Positions 1 to 12,150 of a DNA stretch of 64,000 nucleotides are shown one piece after another. A model generated the notes under the pieces. That model worked only from the letters and a program-made list of their open reading frames with translations. It did no database searches and had not been told where the DNA came from. This DNA comes from Podarcis cretensis (lineage: Eukaryota), in the NCBI GenBank assembly GCA_951804945.1, contig OX638158.1:31062001-31126000 (forward strand). Direction: 5' to 3'. Each line of letters opens with the position of its first letter. Within the stretch, counting starts at the first letter, position 1. Made by a program: the position numbers and the translations under genes.

Positions 1-1942
1 CTGTTTCCTCCTCGAACCGTAGAAATAATAACCTTTAAAAACAGACCAAGCCCCTCTCCGTGGGGCTCCTGCTGCTTCTGTTTATCCCATAAGTGATCAT
101 CATTTCTATGAGGAAGGTGGGGTGGTGATCCAGTGTGCAGGGCATGTAACTAGTGATATATCTGCAAAATTGTTCCAGGAAAAGATCTGTGTGCGTAGGA
201 CCAATAACATGTTCCCTTTATGTGTGTTCTCGTATGTCTCTAAATATGGCATAGCAGGTATGAAGGACATATGATATCTGACATGGGTTCCTTATTGTTC
301 TGTGGGGGTGGAAAGCAATGGGGAGGGCTCAGAAATTCCCCCTTCCTGGACCAGGCTTTCCTCTTTCTATTTAACTTTTGGCTAAACCATCTCATAGCAA
401 AAGATGTTTGACTCTGCTGCTGCTCCTACCCCTTAATTTGACTCTGTGTTTAAAAGCCCTGGGATCTCTTCACAATGTTGTTGTTTAATTTGTTTTTTTG
501 GGGAGTAATCCTACAGTGGTTGTTATTTCCTGGCAATTGTCTGTGCAGTAGCCCAAAGTGCTCTGGAGAGGATAGCAGTTGGAAAACACTTTATAATGCA
601 ACAAATGATTAATTATTCTCATTATTTGGAGCATGTGGGAAAGCTGTTTCCAAGAGGGAGAGCTTATAAAAAAAAAGGGGGGGGGGGAATTATGTATACT
701 GGCAAATGTTTAGCAGTCTCTTCCTCCCACCTCTCTCCTCTTCTCTCCCCCCACCTCCTTGCTTTTGTATCATTTTGCAACACTCAAGTGAATTCAGTTT
801 GTTTCATGGACACAGGCAACAGTCGGATGAGAAGTAGCTGGAGGTTTGGGGGATGGCAGGGAAGGGGGATGATTTCAATAACAGTCATTGCATAGAAAAT
901 GAAAAACAACAAAAAGGAACCCCCAGCTCACACTGGTTTTCCTTCCAGGCGGAAAAAGATTGATGAGAGAGGTGTTGTCTGGTTCTGTTTAGGGCTTTGG
1001 TTTTCTCTCTTCAGCCACTCTCCGGTGATAGTTGGTATTAGTTCCCTTGTTTCATATAGCAAGCTTTTTGATCTCTCCAAAAACCAGGATGGTAATTAAT
1101 GGTTTGTTTTCTTATTAGCAATTGAGAAGGGAGGGCTCACCAAACTCTTGACTTCCTCCCCTCTCATCTTGTTTTGGATGTGATGCTTCCAATTCTCCCA
1201 AAGCAACTTTTTCAAAATTACTCACCCTTGAGGTGGTGGAGCTGGTGGGAGAAGCCTTATAGGTCATTTCATATGTGTGGGTGATCGTGGATGGATCTCT
1301 GCCTTGATAGATTCTCTGCACACATTCCAACAAGCTAAAGTGGGTTGTGAAGCCGCAAAATATCACGGTATTAATGGCATATCATTCTCTGCTGGCTGAA
1401 ATGGGGTGGGTGGGCTGCAAGGGAGATATTCCCTTTCAGTCTAGACAAGCCTTCTAGAAGGTCACCATCTTCTTGCAGGGGAGGGTGCAGGTGCACCCCC
1501 ATACCAGTGACACATGGACACGCATCCTTGTGCGCCTGACTAGCTTTGGAAGAAATGTCACATTACCCCGCTTTACAAAGGGGGCAGTAGTTATCCAGCT
1601 GCGGCTGGCATTTGTGAGTGTGTCCTGTTGTTTCTGGAAAGAATGGGGAAAGCAGGTTTCCCAGGCATCTCACTAGAAAGCATGTGCCTGGGCACTTGCA
1701 AGCTCAACATGCAGAGCGGACCTGGCACCTGCCTCTCTATGTGCAACAGTGGGAAGGGGCGTTGATGGCTAATTCTGCAGGTGAAGGGTGAATACAGTAT
1801 GTCTGGAAGTGCTTAGGAGTGACCTCCCTTGCTTTTCTATATAATTTTTATTTCAAGCTTTGCGACTTTAGTTGCAACTTCACTGTGGTGAAGGTGGCAA
1901 GAGCACTAGAGGATGCTGCATATGCTATGGGTTTGTGGGAAA

Positions 1943-2098
1943 GGCCCGAGCTCAGTGTCAGAGCATGCAGAAGGCCCCGTGTTCATTCCTCAGCATCTCC
2001 AGGTAGAGATGAGAAAGACTCCCTGTCTGAAATCCTGGAGAGTCAATGCCGGTCCTTGTGGGAACCCTGAGCTGGATGGTCCAGTGGTCTGACTTGGT
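1943..2098 (+). mobile_element. tRNA-Ala-like SINE copy
   Basis: Same family as 56579-56762. Confidence 0.65.
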
Positions 2099-5000
2099 CC
2101 CATGCATCCATCTTTATCCTGGGGGAGTTGCTGGATCTCCCCATATTATGCTGTCTGAGTTGATGGATACAGGAGACTGAACTGGGGCGTAAACATTTTA
2201 TCTTGCCACTCAATCCAGCCAAGATGTAAAAAGGAAAGGCTCATGCATGTAGAAATCCACTCCAGTGCTGCCACAGCTTTCTTTCATCCCTACACTTTCT
2301 TCAAGGAGCTCTGGGTGAAATACATGGGGGTTATCCTGTTTTTTAAGCAGATTAGTCTGGGATCTGAACTTGGGTCTCCTTAGTTCAGCACTCTGAACAT
2401 TGCCGCACTTTCCACCATGAACCCCATGCAGGGATAGGGGACCTGTAGTCCTCCAGTTGTTGCTGGACTCCCCAGCTCCCATCTGCCCCAGTTAATATCG
2501 ACAATGAGCAATGCATGGTGGGAATTGTAGTCTAGCAATATCTGAGGGCCGCAGGTTCTCCATCTCCATGATACATACTGTTTATCCCCTAGTAGGGGAT
2601 TTCTCACCACTGCTGAATTATTTCTATATATTTCATTCCTTGAGAGTTCTTTCCTATACTGTTTCATTGCTTCAGGTGCATAACAATGACTTACCACCAC
2701 AAATATATGTGAAACAGATACATATAAAACAGGATAAATGCATGGCAAATGCCAAGGACTCCACTTTCTGCTGGTTTGACCATGCTCCCCAAAAGCCAGG
2801 TGAAGCAGTCAAGTCCAGCAAGAGCTCCTGCCAACATTGGCTCAGAACTACTGAGAGCGAGAGGTAAATATTATTGGTACAGTAGCTGTGTGCAGAAAGG
2901 CTGGGGTGCTTCCATTTGAAAGATTTATCAGCTGTTGGGCATGCTTGCAGCCATGGAGGCCTGTGTCAGTCTCTTTGCCTTTAGTTCAAAGGGCATAGTG
3001 TGATGATTTGCAGAGTCAACCCAGGTGACACAGCCCAAAGGAACTGCGTTCCTTAAAATCTCAGGCAGTCCTATGATTCTTTTCTCCAGCACATCTTTCC
3101 ACACTTCTGCTGAGTGTGAAATTGTGCATCTGGAGAAACAGGCAGCAATCCGCAATCCGGACACACAGCTCCAAAGCACTTGTGTAACAAAGGCCGCAGC
3201 GAGTAGTTTCTGTGGTTTGCAAAATAGCTAGGTGCACTTCATATAGTGAGAAGGATAAGGAATTGTGGGGAGAAAGGGGAATTTTGAGACGTGAAAAGTC
3301 TGTAAGGCTGTGTATCAATCTGTCAGTATGTGTGTTGCTGTGCAAGCCCTTGCTGTTCTCCAGCTCATCTCCTTCTGGTTCACTCAATGCACTTCCATAC
3401 CTGACTGTCCTTTCTGCTTGCTCTGGCATTCCTGGCCTCCTTGCTTCTTCCAGCCCCAGGTCCACTTCTGCATTTCAGTCGTGACGGTTGCGGCATCTCC
3501 CAAGTGAATCCAGATTGGGAAACTCCATAGAGCTCTGCCTGGTGCAACTCACTTTATTACAGCAGCCTTGTGCTTCAATAAAGAAATGCCCAAATATTGC
3601 AGATTTTCAGAGTAGGAGAGGAGAGGATAAACTTGTATCACTTGTGGATGGGGAAGGGAAAGACTAGAATCTCAGCCACTGCACATAATGACACACAGAA
3701 GTTGTTTGATGCATTTTCTTTGATTTGAAATGCAGAAATGTGGGGTGGGTTTTGTTCCTGTTTATTTCTTGTTGCAAAAGAGAAACAACAATTAAAAAAC
3801 AAATAAATCCAATCCCATTGGACTCATAACTGTGTGAATGCAGCAGAATTCATTAAAATAACCAGGCTCTGATTTGCTGGAAGCTGTATATTTCTAAAAA
3901 CTGGTCCAGCAGCCTAGGGCCTGCTTCTGAGTCTTTATACCTGCCAGTGGGCTATGTTTAAGTCAATGGACCTTTGCGTGAGCTGACCCGTTGTATTTTA
4001 GGATTAAGGCCACAGGGTCTCTCTGCTTTAAAACCAACTGACAGAATCGTGGGCATTCTAGCTGCCTCCTCACCAAGTGATTTGTTGCTTGAAGTCTCAC
4101 AGCTGAACATGTGAATCACCTGCGTTGAAAAGCATTGCGTCTGCAGTGACTTCAAAGCTCTGTCTGTGATAATTTAACTGTTTATCAGATGGCTGTTCCA
4201 CACATGCTGGTCTCCCTTTGATGTTGCACTTGTTGCATTATGAATGTGCATGTGTAAACTTGTCGTCACTTCCCCGTCCAAAAAAATGACCGTAATGGCT
4301 CTTGGCTTCTAAAGGCAAGGTGCTTTGAGGGCTTTGGATGTAGTATGCCTTTCATTTTGGTGTACGTTTGTTATTTGGTATTGTACAGTTAGAGAAAGCC
4401 ACTATGGACATACTGTACTCAATTGCACTTGAACGGGCCCCATGTTGTTCATTATCTGAAGAGGCTGTTTTGTAAAGTGTGCCTTTCAATTATCAGCTCC
4501 ATCGTCTGTCTGTCCCCCCTCCCCCACATCAATTTGTCATGACTCCCATAACCATTGTGCAACTTTGGAACAGAGGCAGGAAAAGAGAGTGCGCATGCGC
4601 TGAGTTTTTGGGCAGGCAGACTGAATGGAGATGGCAGAGGACAGGTCAGTGACAGATAATGTGGAAGAAACCAGGTTGGGTACAAGAAGTCTGGATGTGC
4701 AGTGGGAGGACACAGTGGCCTCCTCTAGGGACAAGTTATCCACAATGAGGCTAGCAGGTCTTGATATCCTGTAGTAGCATCAGGCCATAACTCAGAGGTT
4801 GAGCATCAATCACTGGCAGCTTCCTATGCTCTCCAAGCGCCACCGGGTTTCCCCAAGCCCTGAGGAATATGGGCTGCTATAGCAAACTCCTAGCTGGCTT
4901 GCCCTGCCCATTCTCACCTCCCAGTGCTTTGATGCTGCAGGGAGCTGGTGCCTGAGCCATAAGGCCCCTGGTTTGAATCTTGCCTGTGCAGATGCACAGG

Positions 5001-6460
5001 TGGCGACTGATAGTGTGGGACTTCCTCAAAGCCAGTGAGTTCATTGTTTAAGCTAGGACACAAACCCAGCTCTTCATATCCCACAAGTTACTCATGGGAT
5101 CACACTGGTGGTCTCTTGGAATTATCATCCCTCTTGCAGAAAGTGAACCAGTCCAGTTCTAAATGTAGTGCTTGACCTAGTTTAAAGTTGTTGACATGAG
5201 CTTGTGGGCAGAGAAATGAGCCATGCATCATTTACCAAAAGCCACATAGACCTATGGATAGTGTTGTAGGCTTGGATCCATGAGCCTTGAGTTCAGCATG
5301 ACCACTCTTCCTGTACCTTAGGAACATCACTTTCTTAGCCTTAGGAGAATAGTAGCTTACATCAGAACTGTTTTGAGGACAAATGAGGGAACATTTGCTA
5401 TGTACAGTAAAAGCATATTAATAATAACTTTTAGAAGAGCACTTCAGGCTCTTTTGAAATAGTAAAAGAGGCCAAAGCCTAAACTACTTTTGGAAAACAT
5501 TATTTCCATTTAAGCATTGAGAATTGCTTGGGATCTGTAGATGAAAACTGACCTTTCAGATAGGTAGGCCAACAACCACCCAAATTTTTCTTCATTGAGA
5601 GCAACACCTCTGGATCTGTTCTGAACTGCACACACTGCAGACAGGGCATCATGTAATAAATTAGTAGTGCTTTCTGCACTTAGTTTTAAGTGGCCTTGTG
5701 GTAGATCCACATGTGGATCATAATGTTGCAGCCTTGTCTTCCAGTAGCCGCCAGTACACCACTAAAGCCATGTCTGCTGTGCTTTAGCAACAGAAGACAG
5801 TGAGGAGGAGGGTTTTCAAGGTAGCTCAAAAAGTAAGAATGGTGAGACAGAGTTTCAGGGATCCTTGAACTAGGAACCTTAGAGCAGGAGTGGGAAACCT
5901 CAGATACATATATGGCCCTCTAGGCCTCTCTTATCCGGCCTTGGAACTATTTCCTCTTTTCCTAGGCCACACCTATCCTGACTGGCCTTGCTCTGCACCC
6001 CAGTAAAGCACTTTTGCTTTGGTGGCCCATAATTTTGAATGTGATGATGCCTCTTCTTTGCCTCTGTAGAGGATGGAGAGGCATAGATCCCAAGTCATGG
6101 TTTTGCCTTAGTTGGAAGGTAGCCTATTGTACAAAGACTGTTTAAGTGGCCTTGTGGTAGATCCTCTGACGCCACTCACTGCTGTTATGTGGCCCTCAGG
6201 AGTTGTACTTGAGGGAATGATAACTTTACTTCATTTCTTAAGGTGTGTCTCAGTTGTGATCATAGCAAGGTTTGTGTATTTCCCCCCACATCCATCCTGT
6301 CCTTGATGTTCATATAACTACAGTACAGGTTGTTGTTTTTTTAGCTCAAATGAGCTGATGTGGGATATGCTCCACTCTCTGGTTCTGGCATTTTAATCAC
6401 TCTATTAGATTAGAATCTCTCTTTTGAAAGCATTCTCAGGATTGGTTTATGAAGTCAGTA

Positions 6461-6684
6461 CAGTGGTACCTCTGGTTAAGTACTTAATTTGTTCCGGAGG
6501 TCTGTTCTTAACCTGAAACTGTTCTTAACCTGAAGCACCTCCTGCTGCCACCGCACTGCCGGAGCACGATTTCTGTTCTCATCCTGAAGCAAAGTTCTTA
6601 ACCTGAAGCAATATTTCTGGGTTAGCGGAGTCTGTAACCTGAAGCATATGTAACCTGAAGCGTATGTAACCTGAGGTACCACTG
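6461..6684. mobile_element. Tc1/mariner (pogo/Tigger-like) MITE
   Basis: TA|CAGTGGTACCTC...GAGGTACCACTG|TA; internal taacctga repeats. Confidence 0.88.
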
Positions 6685-8545
6685 TATCCCTTTCTTCGCA
6701 CAATCAGGCTGGTAAAGAGTCAGGCTCTGCTACTGTTTCAGTGACTATTTAGGAAAACGTCCTCACAACCTTGAATACACCCATATCTTCTATCCAGGAT
6801 TAATTAACCTAAAGTGTACTCACACAATCCCTTAAAATGGAATGGTTTGTGTGTTTTGGAAGACTGGAAAATGCCTCCCACTTTAACTATTGTAGGTTGA
6901 AGCATCATTTGCTGTAAATTTATCTGAATTAATGTACAAATGTATTTGTAGCAGTAGTTAATGGTTTTGTATGTTTGGTATTTGGGTTAATAATGGTTAA
7001 GATGAACAAATCTGGCATGTAGATGTGAGGGTGATTTTACTGTCTGCACCTTTGACTTTTATTGATGGTCTTGCTGAGGTCTCCATTGGTGTGATTCTGT
7101 GTACTTCCATACTTCCAGACTGTCACTATTATCTGGTGGGATTCAGTCACATCTCTACAAATTATGACTGCATTATTGAAGCCAGTTTGGAGCTCTTGCA
7201 AAGCAAACCCAGTTCCCCTAAAGGTCAGACCTTTTCCCGATAAGGAAAGTGTGGGATGATGCTTGGTAAATACAACATCATCTACCCAGACAACAAACAA
7301 ATCTGGCTGAGTGTTCATGAAATGGGTCACCAGGAAGCAGCTTTTAACCCAGGAGAGGCTAACTCTGTGTCCCTCCTGATATTGTTGAAGTCCCAATTCC
7401 CATTAGCCTCACCTGCCAAGGCCAGTGAGCAGGGATGATGGGAGTTGTCATCCGGAAACATCTGGAGAGCCATAGAAGAGTCACCTCTAACTCTTGACAA
7501 ATAATATTTGTTTATTGGGAATCTCCCTGATTTTTATTTCCCCTGTAGGTGTGTTTCCAATCGGCTAGCTATTTGGATTGGTTGTAGTGGAGCCACAACA
7601 AACAGAGGGTTGGCCTAAGTATTAAACATAGGATACTATACTGTGTGCATCCCATTCCCTCACTTGGTGAAGGTGGCAAGAACACTAGGTGTCTGGTTTG
7701 TCCAGAGCACAGTACATCTTCAGGCTGCCCCCAATATAATATTTGAGGGAGCAGAAGCCCCCAAAGTTGATGGACATTGCAATTCAAATGGTGTGCACAT
7801 GCTGTATTTTGTGATCGATTATGTGGGCTTACCTGCCCCCCAATATTTTATTCAAGTTGGCACCCCTGACCTCTACAATTTTTTTGGAAATAAATCAGGA
7901 GCACAGGAAATCTTTATGGCTTGAGTAAGGGTGATGTTGCCGGAAGCAACAATGTACATTCATGCTCCTTCCAGTGGTGCAGACTCTGCTTTGTGATCTG
8001 ACTCTTTTGTGATTTCCATATATTGTTGAGACAGAAGCAGGTCAGATGTAAGGTATATTGTGATCAGTGAAGGCTGGATGGGTCTTGGAGTGGTTCATAT
8101 TTCTAGACCTGGCTGAAACATAGTGAGGCATAATTCTAGGCTGGTTTTTTTTCTTGGAAGGTACACCAGTGCATATTTTCTCTCTTGCACGATTATACAG
8201 CTTCCCTCACTCATACGCTGTTCTATCTTTGAAATTATCCCGGCAGGAAATTTGGTATTCTGCACACCTTGCTGACCAGCTTATGTGTATTTCAAATTTT
8301 CCTCCAGTTGGGAGCATAACCACTGTTTCCCATGTCTAGCAATGAGGGATCAGCCATCATAGTGGAAATGCTGGGGAGTTCAAAAGAAATCCAGCACAAA
8401 ACCCCTCCTTTTCGCTCTTGGGTAACGGTTTCATGCCCAAGACCCTATTCTGTACTCTGCATTAAGGTTAGTCTAGCCCTCAGCTTGAGAGACCTGAATC
8501 TCCAGAAAGTGCAAGCAGGCCTTTGTACAACCACATTCTCCAGTA

Positions 8546-8776
8546 CAGTGGTACCTCGGGTTAAGAACTTAATTCATTCTGGAGGTCCGTTCTTAACCTG
8601 AAACTGTTCTTAACCTGAGGTACTACTTTAGCTAATGGGGCCTCCCGCTGCCGCCGCGTGATTTCTGTTCTCATCCTGAAGCAAAGTTCTTAACTCGAGG
8701 TACTATTTCTGGGTTAGTGGAGTCTGTAACCTGAAGCGTCTGTAATCTGGAGTGTCTGTAACCTGAGATACCACTG
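8546..8776. mobile_element. Tc1/mariner MITE, same family
   Basis: TA TSD and same TIRs. Confidence 0.88.
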
Positions 8777-8783
8777 TATAGAC

Positions 8784-9490
8784 AATAAGAACGTAAGATG
8801 AGGCTGTTGGATCAGGCCAATGGCCCATCTAGTCCAGCATCCTGTTCTCACAGTGGCCAACCAGATGCCTGTGAGAAAGCTGAAAGCAGAACCTGAACAC
8901 AAGAGGCCTCTCCTTTCCTGCAGTTTCAAGCAACTGTTATTCAGAACCATTGTGTCAGGGAACTGCCATCGGAGCCAGAGGGAGAGGGAGGGCTCCAGAG
9001 GGATTACGGAGAGCGTCCCAGGAGGGAGAGAAGCAGCCCATCTATTGGGGAGGGAAATCAGCGTAGCACCAGTGGAGAAGATGGGGGAAGCGGCGAGGTG
9101 GCTCCATGACTCCGCGCCAGAGACCAGCGGGGAGAGTAGGGGTCCTCCGCTGCCCACACCTTCCCTGTGCAGAAGGCTTCCGCGCAGGGAGAGTAGGAGG
9201 AGACTGGGCATCGAAGAACTTCTTTGCTGGAAGAAGTTCAAGAAACGCCCACAGACGGATTCTGCCAGCGACTGAGACAGCCACGGGTGAGTGGCTATCC
9301 GGACAGAATAGGGTTCACCCAGGTAACTCAGCCAGGTGTGGCAACGACTTACGCACGAGCAACCCCTAGAACCATTACACATTACTGCCTCTGACCCATG
9401 GAGGCAGTAATGGGTCATAGTAATTGATACCTTTACTCTCCATGAATTTGTTGGTGGCCATCACTGCCTCCTGTGAGGTCCTGTAGTTTA
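8784..9490 (-). mobile_element. CR1 3'UTR fragment interrupted by a solo LTR
   Basis: ataagaacgtaaga tail; ccagcatcctgttctcacagtggccaaccagatgcc is the reverse complement of the 46190-46225 region; resumes after 9380. Confidence 0.75.
8953..9379. mobile_element. Putative solo LTR (TGTCA...TTACA) with 5-bp TSD
   Basis: TG...CA termini, flanks cattg/catta, GC- and CpG-rich block that cleanly splits a CR1 remnant. Confidence 0.65.
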
Positions 9491-9814
9491 ACAAATGTGC
9501 AAAAGACTTTACTTTCAGTGACTACTGTACAGCTGGAGGCCGGAACTCTGTAAGAAAATGAGGATTGTGTGTGTGTTTGTTATGCCGATAAATATTCTGA
9601 CCTTAATCAAATACCCTGGAGAAACAAAGACCTCCTCATACACTGAACAGGTAGTTATAAGATAAGGAATATTAGGCGAGTGGCAAAGAGCTTTTTATTC
9701 AGCTTCTACTCTCCTGCCACCAACGCTAAACATCCTGGCCTGAGGCATCTAGCAGTCAGGACAGCTCCAATCCCTTTTCTCTTGGGAGCTTCCAGGCTCT
9801 TCTCCGCCTCCTTC

Positions 9815-9980
9815 TCAGGTCCCATCGTCCTTAACATCTTCATTAGCTATCTGGAAGGAGTAAATAGCATGTTAATGAAATTTACAGATGATAATAAATT
9901 AGAAGGGTTTTTTTTTAATACCACCGAGGATATAGAAATGATACAATGAGAACCAGAGAGATTAGAAGTGTGGATCGGAA
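9815..9980 (+). mobile_element. Ancient CR1 reverse-transcriptase fragment
   Basis: GPIVLNIFISYLEGVNSMLMKFTDDNKLEG resembles the CR1 GP.LFNIFINDL...KFADDTKL motif. Confidence 0.7.
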
Positions 9981-10025
9981 AAAAAAGAGATAATGAGATT
10001 TGGCTTTAAGAAACAAAGAAGCCAA

Positions 10026-10596
10026 AGGAACATTGGAAGCTGCCTTCTACAGACTCAGACTGTTGGGCCATCTAACTTATTATTATCTACACTGACTGGC
10101 AGCATCTAATAATAATAATAATAATAATAATTTATTATTTGTACCCCGCCCATCTGGCTGGGTTTCCCCAGCCACTCTGGGCGGCTTCCAACAGAGATGT
10201 AAAATACACTAAAATGTCACATATTAAAAACTTCCCTGAACAGGGCTGCCTTCAGATGTTTTCTGAATGTCAGGTAGTTGTCCATCGCCTTGGCATTCCA
10301 CAGGGCGGGCGCCACCACCGAGAAGGCCCTCTGCCTGGTTCCCTGCAACTTGGCCTCTCGCAGTGAGGGAACCACCAGAAGGCCCTCGGAGCTGGACCTC
10401 AGTGTCCGGGCAGACTGATGGGGGAGGAGACGCTCCTTCAGATATACTGGACCGAGGCCATTTAGGGCTTTAAAGGTCAGCACCAACACTTTGAATTGTT
10501 TCAGGCAAGGGGTCTTTTCCCAACCCTCTCTGGAGATGCCAGAGATTGAAGCATGGATCTTTCTGCGTGCAAAGTCAATGCTCTACCAATGAGCTT
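10026..10596 (-). mobile_element. tRNA-Ala-like SINE split by the L2 insertion at 10107-10498
   Basis: 3' half at 10026-10106, 5' half at 10499-10596. Confidence 0.7.
10107..10498 (-). mobile_element. L2-clade LINE 3' fragment with (TTA)n tail
   Basis: Minus-strand FKVLVLTFKALNGLGPVYLKERL...RAFSVVAPALWN is typical of the L2 ORF2 C-terminus. Confidence 0.88.
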
Positions 10597-10708
10597 CACC
10601 ACGCTCATGTCTCTGGGATGCGGGAGGGTGGGGGGCAGAAAGTAATTGTAAATCTTAAGCAGGTGGTGCTCAAAGGTTACAATATCAGAGTAGACATGTT
10701 GAAGTTTA

Positions 10709-11058
10709 GGGACGTGGGTTGCGCTGTGGTCTAAACCACTGAGCCTAGGGCTTGCCGATCGGAAGGTTGGCAGTTTGAATCCCCACGATGGGGTGAGCTC
10801 CCGTTGCTTGGTCCCAGTTCCTGCCAGTTCGAAAGCACGTCAAAGTGCAAGTAGATAAATAGGTACCACTCCAGCGGGAAGTTAAACGGCATTTCCATGC
10901 ACTGCTCTGGTTTCACCAGAAGCGGCTTAGTCATGCTGGCCACATGACCTGGAAAAACTGTCTGCGGACAAACGTTGGGTCCCTCGGCCAGTAAAGCAAG
11001 ATGAGCGCTACAACCCCAGAGTAATTCACGACTGGACATAACTGACTTACCTTTGCCT
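10709..11058 (+). mobile_element. Sauria SINE (Squam1/POM-type)
   Basis: GGGACG.GG.GCGCTGTGG head, AAGTGCAAGTAGATAAATAGGTACC core, degenerate ACCTTT tail; 13-bp TSD atgttgaagttta/atgctgaagttta. Confidence 0.93.
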
Positions 11059-11750
11059 ATGCTGAAGTTTAAGGTATGAGAGAAATCAGCAAATAATCTG
11101 GGTATGAACTTGCCCCTTGAAAGGAGGGCGTAAAGGCTGGGGAGGAAATCAGCATGGTCATTTGAGGTGCCATCTCAACACGAATGCACCCATTTTCTGT
11201 TTCTGCCTGTGACCTCTCTGAATACAGTTCTTAATTGTTGGCATTTTACTGCCTGTAATATGCTGGAAAATTAGAGGGATTTAATGAAGGAGGACACAGT
11301 TGACCAGGGGGCTTGGAAGATTAATTTATCAGGGAGGATTAAGAATTAAATATGTATAGGTTGGTAAAGTGAAAGGACATGATAGGAATCTACAAATATG
11401 TGGCAACTATAAATCCTGTGGATGGAGACAAGGCACGGTCAAACGTCCATGGTAATTCCCATCATGTTCCTTTTTTCATCATCCGCTTGCCAAGCTGAAC
11501 CTATTTCAAACCACAGTATCAAATGTTTAGGAGATGCTGTGCCTGAAAAGTGTTAGTGAGGTCTATCATAGCTCCAACTTAGAGTGGTCCACAACCATTA
11601 CTAAGGTCCAAGCTTCATCCTCTAAAGCAAACAAGAGCCAGAGCATGAAGATTTTATGGGATTTTTGGCAGAGTTCTGCTTCCCTTCCAAAAGTGGCCTT
11701 ACCATGAGGAAAGGCCAGGTGGCAGGTTTTGGTAGCCATTAAGAAGGAGC

Positions 11751-12150
11751 AGAGCTGGAACATAAAGAAGGCTGATCGCCGAAGAATTGATGCTTTTGAA
11801 TTATGGTGCTGGAGGAGACTCTTGAGAGTTCCATGGACTGCAAGAAGATCAAACGTATCCATTCTTAAGGAAATCAGCCCTGAGTGCTCACTGGAAGGAC
11901 AGATCGTGAAGCTGAGGCTCCAATACTTTGGCCACCTCATGAGAAGAGAAGACTCCCTGGAAAAGACCCTGATGTTGGGAAAGATGGAGGGCACAAGGAG
12001 AAGGGGACGACAGAGGACGAGATGGTTGGACAGTGTTCTCGAAGCTACCAGCATGAGTTTGACCAAACTGCGGGAGGCAGTGGAAGACAGGAGTGCCTGG
12101 CGTGCTCTGGTCCATGGGGTCACGAAGAGTCGGACACGACTAAACAACAA
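11751..12150 (+). mobile_element. Bov-B (RTE clade) LINE, 5'-truncated 3' fragment
   Basis: Uninterrupted ORF SWNIKKADRRRIDAFELWCWRRLLRVPWTARRSN...VHGVTKSRTRL, (CAA)n tail, TSD aagaaggagcagag/aagaaggaccagag. Confidence 0.93.

Noticed and set aside
6461-6684. Short regularly repeated units resembling a CRISPR array
   Set aside because: Eukaryotic DNA; the units are internal repeats of a TA-flanked MITE with no unique spacers of constant length and no cas genes
8714-9418. 234-aa minus-strand ORF, the longest in the track
   Set aside because: Spans three unrelated repeats (MITE, CR1, LTR); no recognisable domain
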